DNA of 64,000 bases from Planctomycetota bacterium (lineage in GTDB: Bacteria > Planctomycetota > B15-G4). The notes beneath the pieces are model-generated. The model was given only the letters and a program-made list of their open reading frames with translations. It was not told the DNA's origin and did no database searches. Shown here in pieces: positions 8,357 to 17,168 of the stretch. The stretch covers positions 704,001-768,000 of the forward strand of contig CBDFJQ010000002.1 of NCBI GenBank assembly GCA_965248575.1, given 5' to 3'. Both the position numbers and the translations under genes were made by a program. Every line of letters starts with the position of its first letter. The first letter of the stretch is position 1.

Positions 8357-10093
8357 TCAGGGAGCGTAAGGCGCCAAGCTCTTCAGACGCTCCCGCGCTC
8401 GGTCCACAGCCTGGATGGCTTCGACCTTGCCCGTCGCATCGGGGGCGGTGGGTGCGTACATGGCGCCGTAGGTGGCCACCATGCGTTGGATGTCGACATC
8501 CCCGGCGCCACTTCGCTCGGCGTGCAGCAAGGCGGCGAAACTGTGGGGGCCAATGACGTTGTCCGTGGCCTGGGCTCGCAGCAAGAAGCTGCGCAGGGAC
8601 AGGTGGCTGTCGAGGCGTGGCCAGGCCAGCAGGGCGAGACCCAAAGCCAGCAAGAGCGTGGGGGCAGCGACGAAGGCGCGCGGGCGTCGGCTGCCCATCT
8701 CCCGCTCGCCGTCCCTACCGGCGTCGCTGGGTTTGCTGGCCCACACGAAGCCCATGGCCGCGAAGAAGGGCAACGCCGTGGCCACGTCGCCCCAGGCGTT
8801 CTGGACACAGGCCAGCAGGGTGCCGGTCAGCAGGACGAGGAAAGCCAGCAAGGAAGAAGCCCGGCCGTCGTGGGTGAGTGCCCAGGCGCGGCGCAGGCTG
8901 AGGGCGACCAGGATCAGCAGCAGCAGACCCGCCAGCAGACCGCCTTCGGCTGCAGCCAGGAGGAACTCGTTGTGGGGATGGGCCGGCTCGGTGTTGGCGC
9001 CGCCGAGCCCCGGCAGCGCCGCTTCGCCCGGATCCCGATAGGGCGGGAACTCTGCCCGGAATCGTCCGAGGCCCACACCGAGGCCAGGGGATTCCGCCAT
9101 CAGGCTGAGGGTGGATTGGGCCAAGGCCAGGCGCACATTCACGGTGAGGTCTTCACCCGAAAGAACCGACCCGCTGTGTTCGAGTTTGGTGGCCGTGAGG
9201 GCGTCCGAACCTCCCGCCCAGGCCGCCAGCAGGATGCCAAACAAGAGGCCCACGGCTGCGGGGCGAAAGGTCGGTCCAACAGCCTGCTGGCTCGCAGGGC
9301 CTGCGGGCGCAGCCTGCACTCCATCTGCTGAGCGCGAGCTCTGCCGCTGGCGCATCAGCGTGACCACACACAGGACGGCCAGGGCGAGGGCAGCCGCAAG
9401 CCGCGCCCCGCGAGCCCGTGTGAGGATCAGGGCACCGGACACGAGCGCCAGGCACAGCAGAGGGCCCATTTCAAGCCGGCCTCGATCGAGGGGGGAGCCG
9501 GGCGTGCGCAGGCCGCCGTGTGTCAGGCGCACCAGCCAGGCGACGCTTCCCAAGGCCAGTAGGGCACCCGCATGGGTCGAATTGCCCGAGAGGGCGACCA
9601 CTTCGCCGGACCCGCTGGTGAGGCTGGACTCCCAGCCCAGGGCCTGCATCCAGGCGATCACGGCACCCGGCAAGACGGCCCAGCGCAAGGCCTGCCCGAA
9701 GCGGTCAGGGCCCGTAGGGTGTTGTGTGTCTTCAGAAGCGGCTGCGAGCACACCCAGCACCGCCGCGATGTTGATCAGGCCAAAGTTGAGCAGGCGATCC
9801 ATGACCGCCGCGTGCTCGACGAAGGGCAGCGCGCGCACCGAGCACAGGGCGAACACAAGCAGCAGCAGGCGGGCAGCCGGGCTGGTGAACCAGCGGCGCA
9901 GGGCCTGGTGCCCCGCCGGACCTGGCGCGAGAGCAAGCATGGGCAGGATAGCGAGCGCAGCGAACAGCGCGCTGGCGGCTCGTTTCACCACCTCCGCCTG
10001 GAAGAGCTCCGGCAGGATGGCGACGGCGGCAAACAACAGCAGCGAAGCGAGCGACCAGCGTTGCAGGGCGGAGCTCGAGGTGGGCGCGGTCAA
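8357..10093 (-). CDS. O-antigen ligase family (Wzy_C) membrane protein
   Basis: Multi-TM, GNSTHAG, LTRARGA, R.......L......PGLGVGLGRF and HPHNEFLL..AEGG motifs; last gene of the ribH-nusB-ftsY run. Confidence 0.8.
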   Translation of the reverse strand: MTAPTSSSALQRWSLASLLLFAAVAILPELFQAEVVKRAASALFAALAILPMLALAPGPAGHQALRRWFTSPAARLLLLVFALCSVRALPFVEHAAVMDRLLNFGLINIAAVLGVLAAASEDTQHPTGPDRFGQALRWAVLPGAVIAWMQALGWESSLTSGSGEVVALSGNSTHAGALLALGSVAWLVRLTHGGLRTPGSPLDRGRLEMGPLLCLALVSGALILTRARGARLAAALALAVLCVVTLMRQRQSSRSADGVQAAPAGPASQQAVGPTFRPAAVGLLFGILLAAWAGGSDALTATKLEHSGSVLSGEDLTVNVRLALAQSTLSLMAESPGLGVGLGRFRAEFPPYRDPGEAALPGLGGANTEPAHPHNEFLLAAAEGGLLAGLLLLILVALSLRRAWALTHDGRASSLLAFLVLLTGTLLACVQNAWGDVATALPFFAAMGFVWASKPSDAGRDGEREMGSRRPRAFVAAPTLLLALGLALLAWPRLDSHLSLRSFLLRAQATDNVIGPHSFAALLHAERSGAGDVDIQRMVATYGAMYAPTAPDATGKVEAIQAVDRARERLKSLAPYAP

Positions 10094-10156
10094 GGGGCGT
10101 CTCGAAGGGCTCGGGCCAGTGCAGGACGGGGGTAGGGTCGGGGTCGGGAGGGTGAC

Positions 10157-11068
10157 TCAGTCTGCGGAGAAGAGCGCGTCTACGAAGGCGTCGGGCTGGA
10201 AGCGTTCAATGTCGTCGGCACTCTCGCCCACACCGATGTAGCGGATCGGCAACCCGAGTTGCTCTCGGATAGAGACGATCGCTCCACCCCGCGCCGTCCC
10301 GTCCAGTTTGCTCACCATGAGGCCCGTGACGTCCACGCACTCGCGGAATTCCCGCGCCTGCTGGATGGCGTTCTGTCCGGTGGTGCCGTCCAGGATCAAC
10401 AGGACTTCGTGCGGGGCGCCTTCGATGCGGCGACCGATGACGCGGTGGATCTTTTCCAGCTCGGCCATGAGGTTCTTCTGGGTGTGGAGGCGCCCTGCCG
10501 TGTCCACGATGAGCACGTCGATGCCTTGGGTGACGGCAGCGTCGGCCGCGTCGTACGCCAGGCCTGAGGGGTCCGAGCCGGTTGCGCGCTTGACGATGGG
10601 AATGGACAGGCGCTCGGCCCAGATCGCGAGCTGTTCCACCGCTGCAGCGCGGAAGGTGTCGCAGGCCGCCAACATCACCGAATGCCCTTCGGCGAGCAGC
10701 AGCTTGGACAGCTTGGCGATGGAGGTGGTCTTGCCGGAACCATTCACTCCACACACGAGGATCACGTGGGGCCCAGCGCCCGTGCTGATCTGCAGCGGCT
10801 GGCTGGCTTCTCCCATGATCTCGAGCAGCTGCTCGCGCACGAAGGGCTCGACCTGCTCACCCTCCTTGAGGATGCCCTTCTTGTTGGCGCTGCGGATGGC
10901 GGCCATGAGCGTCCCGGCGGCGGGGCCGAGGTCGGAGGTGTAGAGCAGTTCCTCCATCTTGTCGAGCACTTCGGCGTTCAAGGGGCCGCGGCCCACCAGC
11001 TTGCGCAAGCCGCCCACGAGGTTGTCGCGCGTCTTGCGTAGGCCGCTGAGGAGCCTTCCAAAAACCAT
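10157..11068 (-). CDS. ftsY: Signal recognition particle receptor FtsY
   Basis: GVNGSGKTT, DTFRAAA, DTAGRLHT, DGTTGQNA, KLDGTARGG and IGVGE; NG domain only, no acidic A domain. Confidence 0.97.
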   Translation of the reverse strand: MVFGRLLSGLRKTRDNLVGGLRKLVGRGPLNAEVLDKMEELLYTSDLGPAAGTLMAAIRSANKKGILKEGEQVEPFVREQLLEIMGEASQPLQISTGAGPHVILVCGVNGSGKTTSIAKLSKLLLAEGHSVMLAACDTFRAAAVEQLAIWAERLSIPIVKRATGSDPSGLAYDAADAAVTQGIDVLIVDTAGRLHTQKNLMAELEKIHRVIGRRIEGAPHEVLLILDGTTGQNAIQQAREFRECVDVTGLMVSKLDGTARGGAIVSIREQLGLPIRYIGVGESADDIERFQPDAFVDALFSAD

Positions 11069-11610
11069 CAGCCGAGCCCCTCGTCGCTGCCGCTGGGGGA
11101 GAAGCTGGTGGGGGTCACGTCGCCGTCGGAGGGGGGCGCGTTCAGGTCGTCATCCTCGATGTCGATGGCCGGCAAACCGAGATCCTTGCGGATGCGATCC
11201 AGGATGCCGTTGACGAACCCACCCGACTGCGCCGTGGAGAAGCGCTTGCCGAGCTCGATGGCTTCGTTGATGGACACCTTCGCGGGAATGTCCTCGCAGG
11301 ACTTGAGTTCATAGATGGCCAGGCGCAACACGTTCCTGTCCACCACTGCGAGCCTTGAGATGTCCCAGTTGTCCGCGGCGCCGGCGATGTGTCCGTCCAG
11401 CTCGGCTACGTTCCCGAGCACTCCTTCGGACAGCCGCCGGGCAAAGTCCTTCACCTCGGAATCCGCCTCGGCGTGCTCGATGACGTCCTGGGCAACCGCG
11501 CCCGGCGCTGTATTTGCCCGGGTATGCCCCCCTGACGAGGCATGCAGCACGTCCTCACAGAAGAGGGCCTGCAGAGCGATTTCCCGGGCGCGTGTGCGCT
11601 TGCCGATCAC
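11068..11610 (-). CDS. nusB: Transcription antitermination factor NusB
   Basis: RTRAREIALQALF, DRNVLRLAIYEL, INEAIELGKRF and FVNGILD. Confidence 0.96.
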   Translation of the reverse strand: MIGKRTRAREIALQALFCEDVLHASSGGHTRANTAPGAVAQDVIEHAEADSEVKDFARRLSEGVLGNVAELDGHIAGAADNWDISRLAVVDRNVLRLAIYELKSCEDIPAKVSINEAIELGKRFSTAQSGGFVNGILDRIRKDLGLPAIDIEDDDLNAPPSDGDVTPTSFSPSGSDEGLG

Positions 11611-12116
11611 GGAGTGTCCTCACCTTGGGTCTTGAGGCTGCGTTGCAGCCGGATCATGCGCAGGGCAGCTTGGGCACACTGGGTGCCCTTGTTGTCGGCG
11701 TTCGGCCCGGAGCGGGCGACCGCCTGGGCCATGGTGTCGCAGGTGAGCAGCCCGAACAGCACAGGCAGGCTGTGCTCGAGGGCGACTCGGCCGCAGCCGC
11801 GGGTGGTTTCGGAGCAAACGAAGTCGTAGTGGTCGGTGTCGCCGCGGATGACGCAGCCCAGCACCACGACGGCGTCATGCTGGCCGGACTGGGCCAAGGT
11901 CTGCGCGACCAGGGGCAGCTCCAGGGCACCGGGGACCCACGCCAGCGTGACCTGACTCTCTGGGACGCCGCGTGCTTCGAGCTCGGCCAAGGCTCCCGAG
12001 AGGAGGTTCTTGGTGATGGCCTCGTGGAAGCGGCTCACCACCAGGGCGATGTGGAAGCCCTGCGCGGCAAGTGAGCCGGTGGGGGGGCCATCGAGTTGGC
12101 CTTCAAACTCGCGCAT
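11607..12116 (-). CDS. ribH: 6,7-dimethyl-8-ribityllumazine synthase
   Basis: VVSRFH, WVPGALELP, LGCVIRGDTDHYDFVC and NKG; classic ribH-nusB adjacency. Confidence 0.96.
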   Translation of the reverse strand: MREFEGQLDGPPTGSLAAQGFHIALVVSRFHEAITKNLLSGALAELEARGVPESQVTLAWVPGALELPLVAQTLAQSGQHDAVVVLGCVIRGDTDHYDFVCSETTRGCGRVALEHSLPVLFGLLTCDTMAQAVARSGPNADNKGTQCAQAALRMIRLQRSLKTQGEDTP

Positions 12117-12346
12117 GCGATCGGGATCCCAAGGAACGAAGGGCCGGATCCTACCGGAGCGACTGGCGAGTCGCCACGATTGCCCGGGCCCCGCACAGGG
12201 GCTGTCCCGACCCGCCTCGGGCCAGTGCTGAAGAGCGCTGGCGGTGGTTGACGGCTTGGGAGATGTGTACCGTCGCCAGCCCAGCGCATGGAGAGCGTTT
12301 GCCGAGAGCGCCTCGACCGTGCTGCTCGGGTTGCCAGGAGTCTCGG

Positions 12347-13162
12347 ATGAGGACCCGCTCTGCTCTTTCCAGCCGTTCCACCCGAGCCGTTTTGTCCGGC
12401 GGCTTGGGCTGCGCCGCGCGTGCGGCTTGGGGCCGCTGGCTCATGCTGGGCGCCTGCAGCGTGCTCGCGTGGGGTTGCGGATCTGCGGCCGGCGAGCCGG
12501 TGCTCGAGTTGGTGGCGGCCTCGAGCCTCGTCGAGTTGGCGCGTGACCTGGGCGATGAGTGGACCCTGCGCAGCGGCACGCCCGTGCGCCTACGGATCGG
12601 GGCCTCGTCCACCTTGTCCAGACAGCTTGCGGCGGGGGCGCCGTGCGATGTCTTCCTGAGTGCCGACGCGCGCTGGGTGGACGACCTGCCGGCCTTGGAG
12701 CGCAAGCCGTGGCTTGGCAACCGTCTGGCCTTGGTGGTCCCGACGGCAAGCTCGATCGCGTGGACTGACGAATCGGCACCGGATGTCGGAGCGCTGCTCA
12801 GTTCCTGTGGCAGTCTCGCCCTGGGGCAGTCGTCCGTTCCGGTTGGGCGCTACGCAGAAGCCGCCTTGGAGGCCTTGGGAGTCGAGCTGCCCGACCGCAT
12901 CGTGCGCGGTGCCAGTGCACGCGATGTCCTCTCCAAGGTGGGGCAGGGCGCTGCGCAGGCAGGCATCGTCTACGCCACCGATGTTCCTCTCGATCAGGGG
13001 GTACGCCTGCTGGCCTTGCTGCCCGCGGACAGCCACCCGCGGGTCCGTTACGAAGCGGCACTCCTGCGGCCCGAAGCCCGCGCGCTCTTCGACGCGCTCG
13101 CGGACGACTGGGTCCTCGGCCTAGCCACCCGCTACGGGTTTGCCGAAGGTGTCGACAAATGA
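12347..13162 (+). CDS. modA: Molybdate ABC transporter substrate-binding lipoprotein
   Basis: LAWGC lipobox-like, AASSL, GASSTLSRQL..GAPCDVFLSA, VPVGRYA and GIVYATD. Start 12347 or 12443. Confidence 0.9.
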   Translation: MRTRSALSSRSTRAVLSGGLGCAARAAWGRWLMLGACSVLAWGCGSAAGEPVLELVAASSLVELARDLGDEWTLRSGTPVRLRIGASSTLSRQLAAGAPCDVFLSADARWVDDLPALERKPWLGNRLALVVPTASSIAWTDESAPDVGALLSSCGSLALGQSSVPVGRYAEAALEALGVELPDRIVRGASARDVLSKVGQGAAQAGIVYATDVPLDQGVRLLALLPADSHPRVRYEAALLRPEARALFDALADDWVLGLATRYGFAEGVDK

Positions 13163-13833
13163 TGAGCCCCGTCCAACTTTCGCTGCTCGTGGGTTTGAGC
13201 GCGACGCTCCTGGCCCTGCCGCCAGCCTTGGCCGTGGCATGGGTCCTGGAGCGCACTCAGTGGCGTGGGCGCGGAGTGTTGCACGGTCTCGTGCTCATGC
13301 CCTTGGTGTTGCCTCCGGTGGTCACCGGCTACCTGTTGCTGGCGGTGTTCTCTCCGCGCGCGCCCGTGGGCGCTGCCTTGGCTTCGCTCGGGCTGCCGGT
13401 CGCCTTCCATCTTGCGGGTGCGGTGCTGGCGGCGGCCGTGGTGGGGTTCCCCTTGTTGGTCATGTTGGTAGCCCGCGCGTACCGTTCGGTGGACCCGCGC
13501 CTCGAGCTGGTCTCGCGTTCGTTGGGGCAGACACCGCTGCAGACCTGGTGGCGCGTGACGCTGCCACTGGCCTGGCCTGGAGTCGTGGCCGGCGCACTGC
13601 TGGCGTTTGCCCGGGCGCTGGGTGAGTTCGGTGCGACCATCGTGCTCGCAGGGCATGTGCCGGGAGAGACGGGCACGATCCCGCTGGAAGTGCTCGCCCT
13701 CCTGGACGTGCCGGGCGCCGAAGGGGACGTCGCATGGCTGTGCGGCATCGCCGTGCTTCTGGGCGCGTTCTCGGTTGCCGCCTATCGCCTTCTGGACACG
13801 CGTCACCGGCGGCGCATGGAACTCGACTCGTGA
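13159..13833 (+). CDS. modB: Molybdate ABC transporter permease
   Basis: PLVLPPVVTGYLLL and LAFARALGEFGAT. Confidence 0.94.
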   Translation: MMSPVQLSLLVGLSATLLALPPALAVAWVLERTQWRGRGVLHGLVLMPLVLPPVVTGYLLLAVFSPRAPVGAALASLGLPVAFHLAGAVLAAAVVGFPLLVMLVARAYRSVDPRLELVSRSLGQTPLQTWWRVTLPLAWPGVVAGALLAFARALGEFGATIVLAGHVPGETGTIPLEVLALLDVPGAEGDVAWLCGIAVLLGAFSVAAYRLLDTRHRRRMELDS

Positions 13834-14831
13834 AGTTCGACTTCGTCCTGCAACTTGCGCGCAAGCAGGGCTTCGCACTGGATGTCAGCTGGCAAGGGGA
13901 GACGCATGCCCTGGCGCTCGTTGGTCCCAGCGGCTCGGGCAAGTCCACGGCTTTGGGCTTGCTCGCCGGGCTCGAGAAGCACGCGGGGCATGTGCGCTTC
14001 GATGGCGAGGACCAAGGTCCACGCGCCCTTCATCAGCGGCGGGTGGGGTATGTCACCCAGGAGGACCTGCTCTTCCCACATCTGTCGGTGGCCCAGAACC
14101 TCCAGTTCAGTCCGCATGCCCGGCAGGACCTGACCCGCGATGTGATCGATGCCTTGCATCTGGGTGCGCTCCTGCAGCGCATGCCCCGAAACTTGAGTGG
14201 GGGCGAGCGACGCCGCGTCTCCCTGGGACGCGCGCTGGTCAGCGCACCACGCTTGCTGCTCCTGGATGAACCCTTTGCCGGCCTGGATGCACAACGACGA
14301 CGCGACGCGCTGTCCATCGTGCGTGCAGTGCAGGAACGCTTCGGTACGCCCGTGATCCTCGTGAGCCACGTAGCCGACGAGATCGTCGGTGTGGCCGAGA
14401 TCGCCTTGCGTCTGGAGCAGGGGCGGGTCGTGTCGTCGGGCTCCGCCGTGTCGGTCTTGCGGGCGGGCGAGACACGCGTCGACAACCACCTCACGGGCCG
14501 CGTGCTCTCCCACAACGAGGTGGACGTGGAGGGTTGCGTCTTGGCTGCCGCATTGTCTGCGGGAGACGCGGGAGTCGTGCGGCTCGCGTGTTTCGCCCAC
14601 GATGTGCTCTTGGCTACCGAGCGGCCGCGCGCACTCTCGGCACGCAACATCCTCGAGACGGAGGTGACCCGGGTGGAGCGGGCGGGTGATGCCGCGCTGG
14701 TTCATCTGGCGCGCCCGCGGTTGGTGGCCACCCTGACACACGATGCCGTCCGGGAGTTGGGCATCGTTCCAGGGCGCCGGGTCTTCGCCCTGATCAAGGC
14801 GACCTCCGTGAGTTGCCTGGGCCCCGCCTGA
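13830..14831 (+). CDS. modC: Molybdate ABC transporter ATP-binding protein with C-terminal TOBE domain
   Basis: GPSGSGKST, LSGGERRRV, LLLDEPF, SARNIL and ALIKATSV. GTG 13830 overlaps the modB stop. Confidence 0.92.
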   Translation: MKFDFVLQLARKQGFALDVSWQGETHALALVGPSGSGKSTALGLLAGLEKHAGHVRFDGEDQGPRALHQRRVGYVTQEDLLFPHLSVAQNLQFSPHARQDLTRDVIDALHLGALLQRMPRNLSGGERRRVSLGRALVSAPRLLLLDEPFAGLDAQRRRDALSIVRAVQERFGTPVILVSHVADEIVGVAEIALRLEQGRVVSSGSAVSVLRAGETRVDNHLTGRVLSHNEVDVEGCVLAAALSAGDAGVVRLACFAHDVLLATERPRALSARNILETEVTRVERAGDAALVHLARPRLVATLTHDAVRELGIVPGRRVFALIKATSVSCLGPA

Positions 14832-14950
14832 GCCGCCGCGCTGGAAATCCATCGTTCGGCGGCTCTCGATCGGACACTCTCCACCGCCTTCTGAGGATTC
14901 AGACCAGCTCGAGCGCTGATCGCTGTCGCTGCGAGCGCTAAGCTGCCCCA

Positions 14951-16306
14951 ATGCTTGCCCGCTTCTCGACCCGCCTTGCCGACGTCGCCCAGCGTGTGGT
15001 GCCGGACCCCTTCGTCATTGCCCTGGCCTTGACGGTGGTGGCGTTCTGCATGGGGATGCTGTCCATGGACAGCCCGGATGCGGGTGCCCTGGCGGCCGGC
15101 TGGTTGGAGAGGTTCTCGGCCCAGGGCACGCTGGCGTTCACGACCCAGATGGCCCTGATCCTGGTGGCCGGGGCGGTGCTGGCGCGCGCTCCCTTCATAG
15201 CGGGCGCCCTGGGACGGCTGGCCGACTTGCCCCGCAGCACAGCCACGGCGGCGGCGCTGACGGCCCTGGTGGCCATGTCCGCAGCTTTCATCAACTGGGG
15301 CTTCGGGTTGGTCGCGGGTGCGGTCCTGGCGCACCAGATCGGTGTTCGCGCCCAGGCGGCCGGACGTGCCATCGATTACCCGCTTGTAGGGGCTGCTGGC
15401 TACACGGGTCTCATGGTCTGGCACGGAGGCCTCTCCGGAAGCGCACCGCTCAAGCTCACCCAGGGCGGGCCCGTCACGGCTGGCTTCCCAGAGGGCGGGC
15501 CGCCAATCCTGCTGGATCAGACGCTCTTCTCTGGCCTCAATCTGGCCGTGACGATCGGGCTCTTGCTGTGCGTGCCCTTGGTGGTCAGTCGCATGGCGCA
15601 GAGTGGCAACGAGCGCGTCCCGGTCGGGCTGCCGGAGCACGTTGCTCCTGCGAGAGCAGACGAAGGGTTGTTGAGTCGGTTCCTGACCTGGGCCCTGCTG
15701 GGCTTGGGAGCCCTGGCCTTGGCCAGCAAGCTGGCGGTTGCCGAGAGCTGGTGGCAAGCCCTGAGTCTGGATGTCGTGATCCTGGGCCTGGTGCTCGGGG
15801 GTATGGCGCTGTTCGGCACACCGCGCCGTTATGGGCGCGCCTTCGCCGCGGCCACACCCGAGGCGGCGGGCATCCTGCTGCAGTTCCCCTTCTACTTCGG
15901 GATCCTGGGTTTGCTCCAGGCGTCCGGCCTGGTGGAGCGCCTGGCGTTGCAATCCGCGGACATGGCCCAGGGTTTGGCGAGCCTAGGCCTTCCCCTGCAG
16001 TGGTGCTTCGACGTGGTGACCTTCGTCTCCGCGGGCCTGGTGAATCTCTTCGTCCCGTCGGGCGGTGGGCAGTGGGCGGTGCAAGGCACCATTCTGGCCG
16101 AGGCCTGCGCAGAGCTGGATCTGCCGCTCTCGCGCGCCGTGATGGCCCTCTCCTACGGGGATGAGTGGACCAACATGCTGCAGCCCTTCTGGGCGCTGGC
16201 GCTGCTGGGAATCACGGGCCTCAAGGCGCGAGACATTCTGGGGTACACCATGACCATCATGTCGGTGTCGCTCTTCATCTACCTGGGGGCCTTCGCGCTG
16301 TTTTGA
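14951..16306 (+). CDS. Short-chain fatty acid transporter (AtoE family)
   Basis: PDPFVIA, FTTQMALIL, INWGFGL, WHGGLSGSAPL, LQFPFYFGI, NLFVPSGGGQWAVQG and GDEWTNMLQPFWAL. Confidence 0.9.
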   Translation: MLARFSTRLADVAQRVVPDPFVIALALTVVAFCMGMLSMDSPDAGALAAGWLERFSAQGTLAFTTQMALILVAGAVLARAPFIAGALGRLADLPRSTATAAALTALVAMSAAFINWGFGLVAGAVLAHQIGVRAQAAGRAIDYPLVGAAGYTGLMVWHGGLSGSAPLKLTQGGPVTAGFPEGGPPILLDQTLFSGLNLAVTIGLLLCVPLVVSRMAQSGNERVPVGLPEHVAPARADEGLLSRFLTWALLGLGALALASKLAVAESWWQALSLDVVILGLVLGGMALFGTPRRYGRAFAAATPEAAGILLQFPFYFGILGLLQASGLVERLALQSADMAQGLASLGLPLQWCFDVVTFVSAGLVNLFVPSGGGQWAVQGTILAEACAELDLPLSRAVMALSYGDEWTNMLQPFWALALLGITGLKARDILGYTMTIMSVSLFIYLGAFALF

Positions 16307-16360
16307 AATCGAGACCTTTGAGATCGAGACCTTTGAGATCGAGACCTTTGAGATCGAGAC
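16302..16360. repeat. 15-bp tandem repeat TTTGA(A/G)ATCGAGACC x~4
   Basis: Units start at 16302, 16317, 16332 and 16347 with no spacers; the array spans the atoE stop and the next start. Confidence 0.93.
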
Positions 16361-16947
16361 TGGGGCGCTCCCCGTATCGCGCTGGAGCCTGTGTCGTGGT
16401 GGGCGTCGCGCTGTTCATGAACACCAGCTGCGGAGCGGTCTTTCCGCGCACGTCCCTGGCGGAGAAAAGCTTGCACACGCAGGAGCAACGGACCCGGGCC
16501 CGGGAGGAGATCCGGGCCGTGCTGAGGGAGATGGAACGGGCCGAGGGGGCCGCGGACCTGGTTGGGCTGGAGGCGATCTACACCGAGCAGGCCGTGTGGC
16601 AGCCGCCTTCGGAGCCTGCCGTTCAGGGCCGGGCCAGCATCCTGCAGCGCTATGCCGAGATGTTCGCCAGTTCGCGCCTGAGCCTGGAGATCAGCGACCA
16701 GTCCGTGGAGGTGTCGGGGCAGCTCTCGGGGACGGGATCCTCGCAGGGGCTGTTGCCGCCCCTGCGGGGCCAGGTGCTGGGTTTGGCGAAGATGACCTTC
16801 CACCCGTCGGAGAGCCACGCCGAGGAATCCAGCTCGACCCAGAGTTTTCGCATGGGGCTGGATCGGGATGTGGAGGGCATCTGGCGGGTGAGCTTCCTCA
16901 CCTGGCGGCCTTGGGAAGAACTCTCCGAGGACGAGGACGGCGCCTGA
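16303..16947 (+). CDS. NTF2/SnoaL-like (DUF4440-type) putative lipoprotein
   Basis: TTG overlapping the upstream TGA, basic n-region, hydrophobic stretch ending NTSC, then DL..L..IYTEQAVWQPP....GRASI and GIWRV. Confidence 0.65.
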   Translation: MKSRPLRSRPLRSRPLRSRLGRSPYRAGACVVVGVALFMNTSCGAVFPRTSLAEKSLHTQEQRTRAREEIRAVLREMERAEGAADLVGLEAIYTEQAVWQPPSEPAVQGRASILQRYAEMFASSRLSLEISDQSVEVSGQLSGTGSSQGLLPPLRGQVLGLAKMTFHPSESHAEESSSTQSFRMGLDRDVEGIWRVSFLTWRPWEELSEDEDGA

Positions 16948-17168
16948 CCGGGCAGCGACCTGCGGAGATCCAGAGGGACTTCCTGACCGACAGGCGTCGG
17001 ACAGAGCCCATTCGGCACGTCTTCGACGTTACACTGCGCCGCCTGACTCGTTAGGCACTTGTGCCGCTTGACCGGCTCACCACGCGCTTGATGGTCTCCC
17101 TGGGATCGCGGAGCTTTGGCTTTGCCTCCCTGTTCAATCGCTCTTGATCCGAACGGATACTCCTGGAC

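Noticed and set aside
7921..8369. Small ORFs in the feoB-Wzy_C spacer (7921-8199, 7944-8369, 8101-8346)
   Set aside because: They run through the palindromic repeats, show no recognisable motifs and overlap each other in several frames.
12117..12346. FMN or molybdenum-cofactor riboswitch between ribH and modA
   Set aside because: I could not find the conserved sequence blocks of either riboswitch by eye; a cmscan would settle it.
16302..16360. Possible CRISPR array
   Set aside because: 15-bp units are head-to-tail with no spacers, and no cas genes are in the window.
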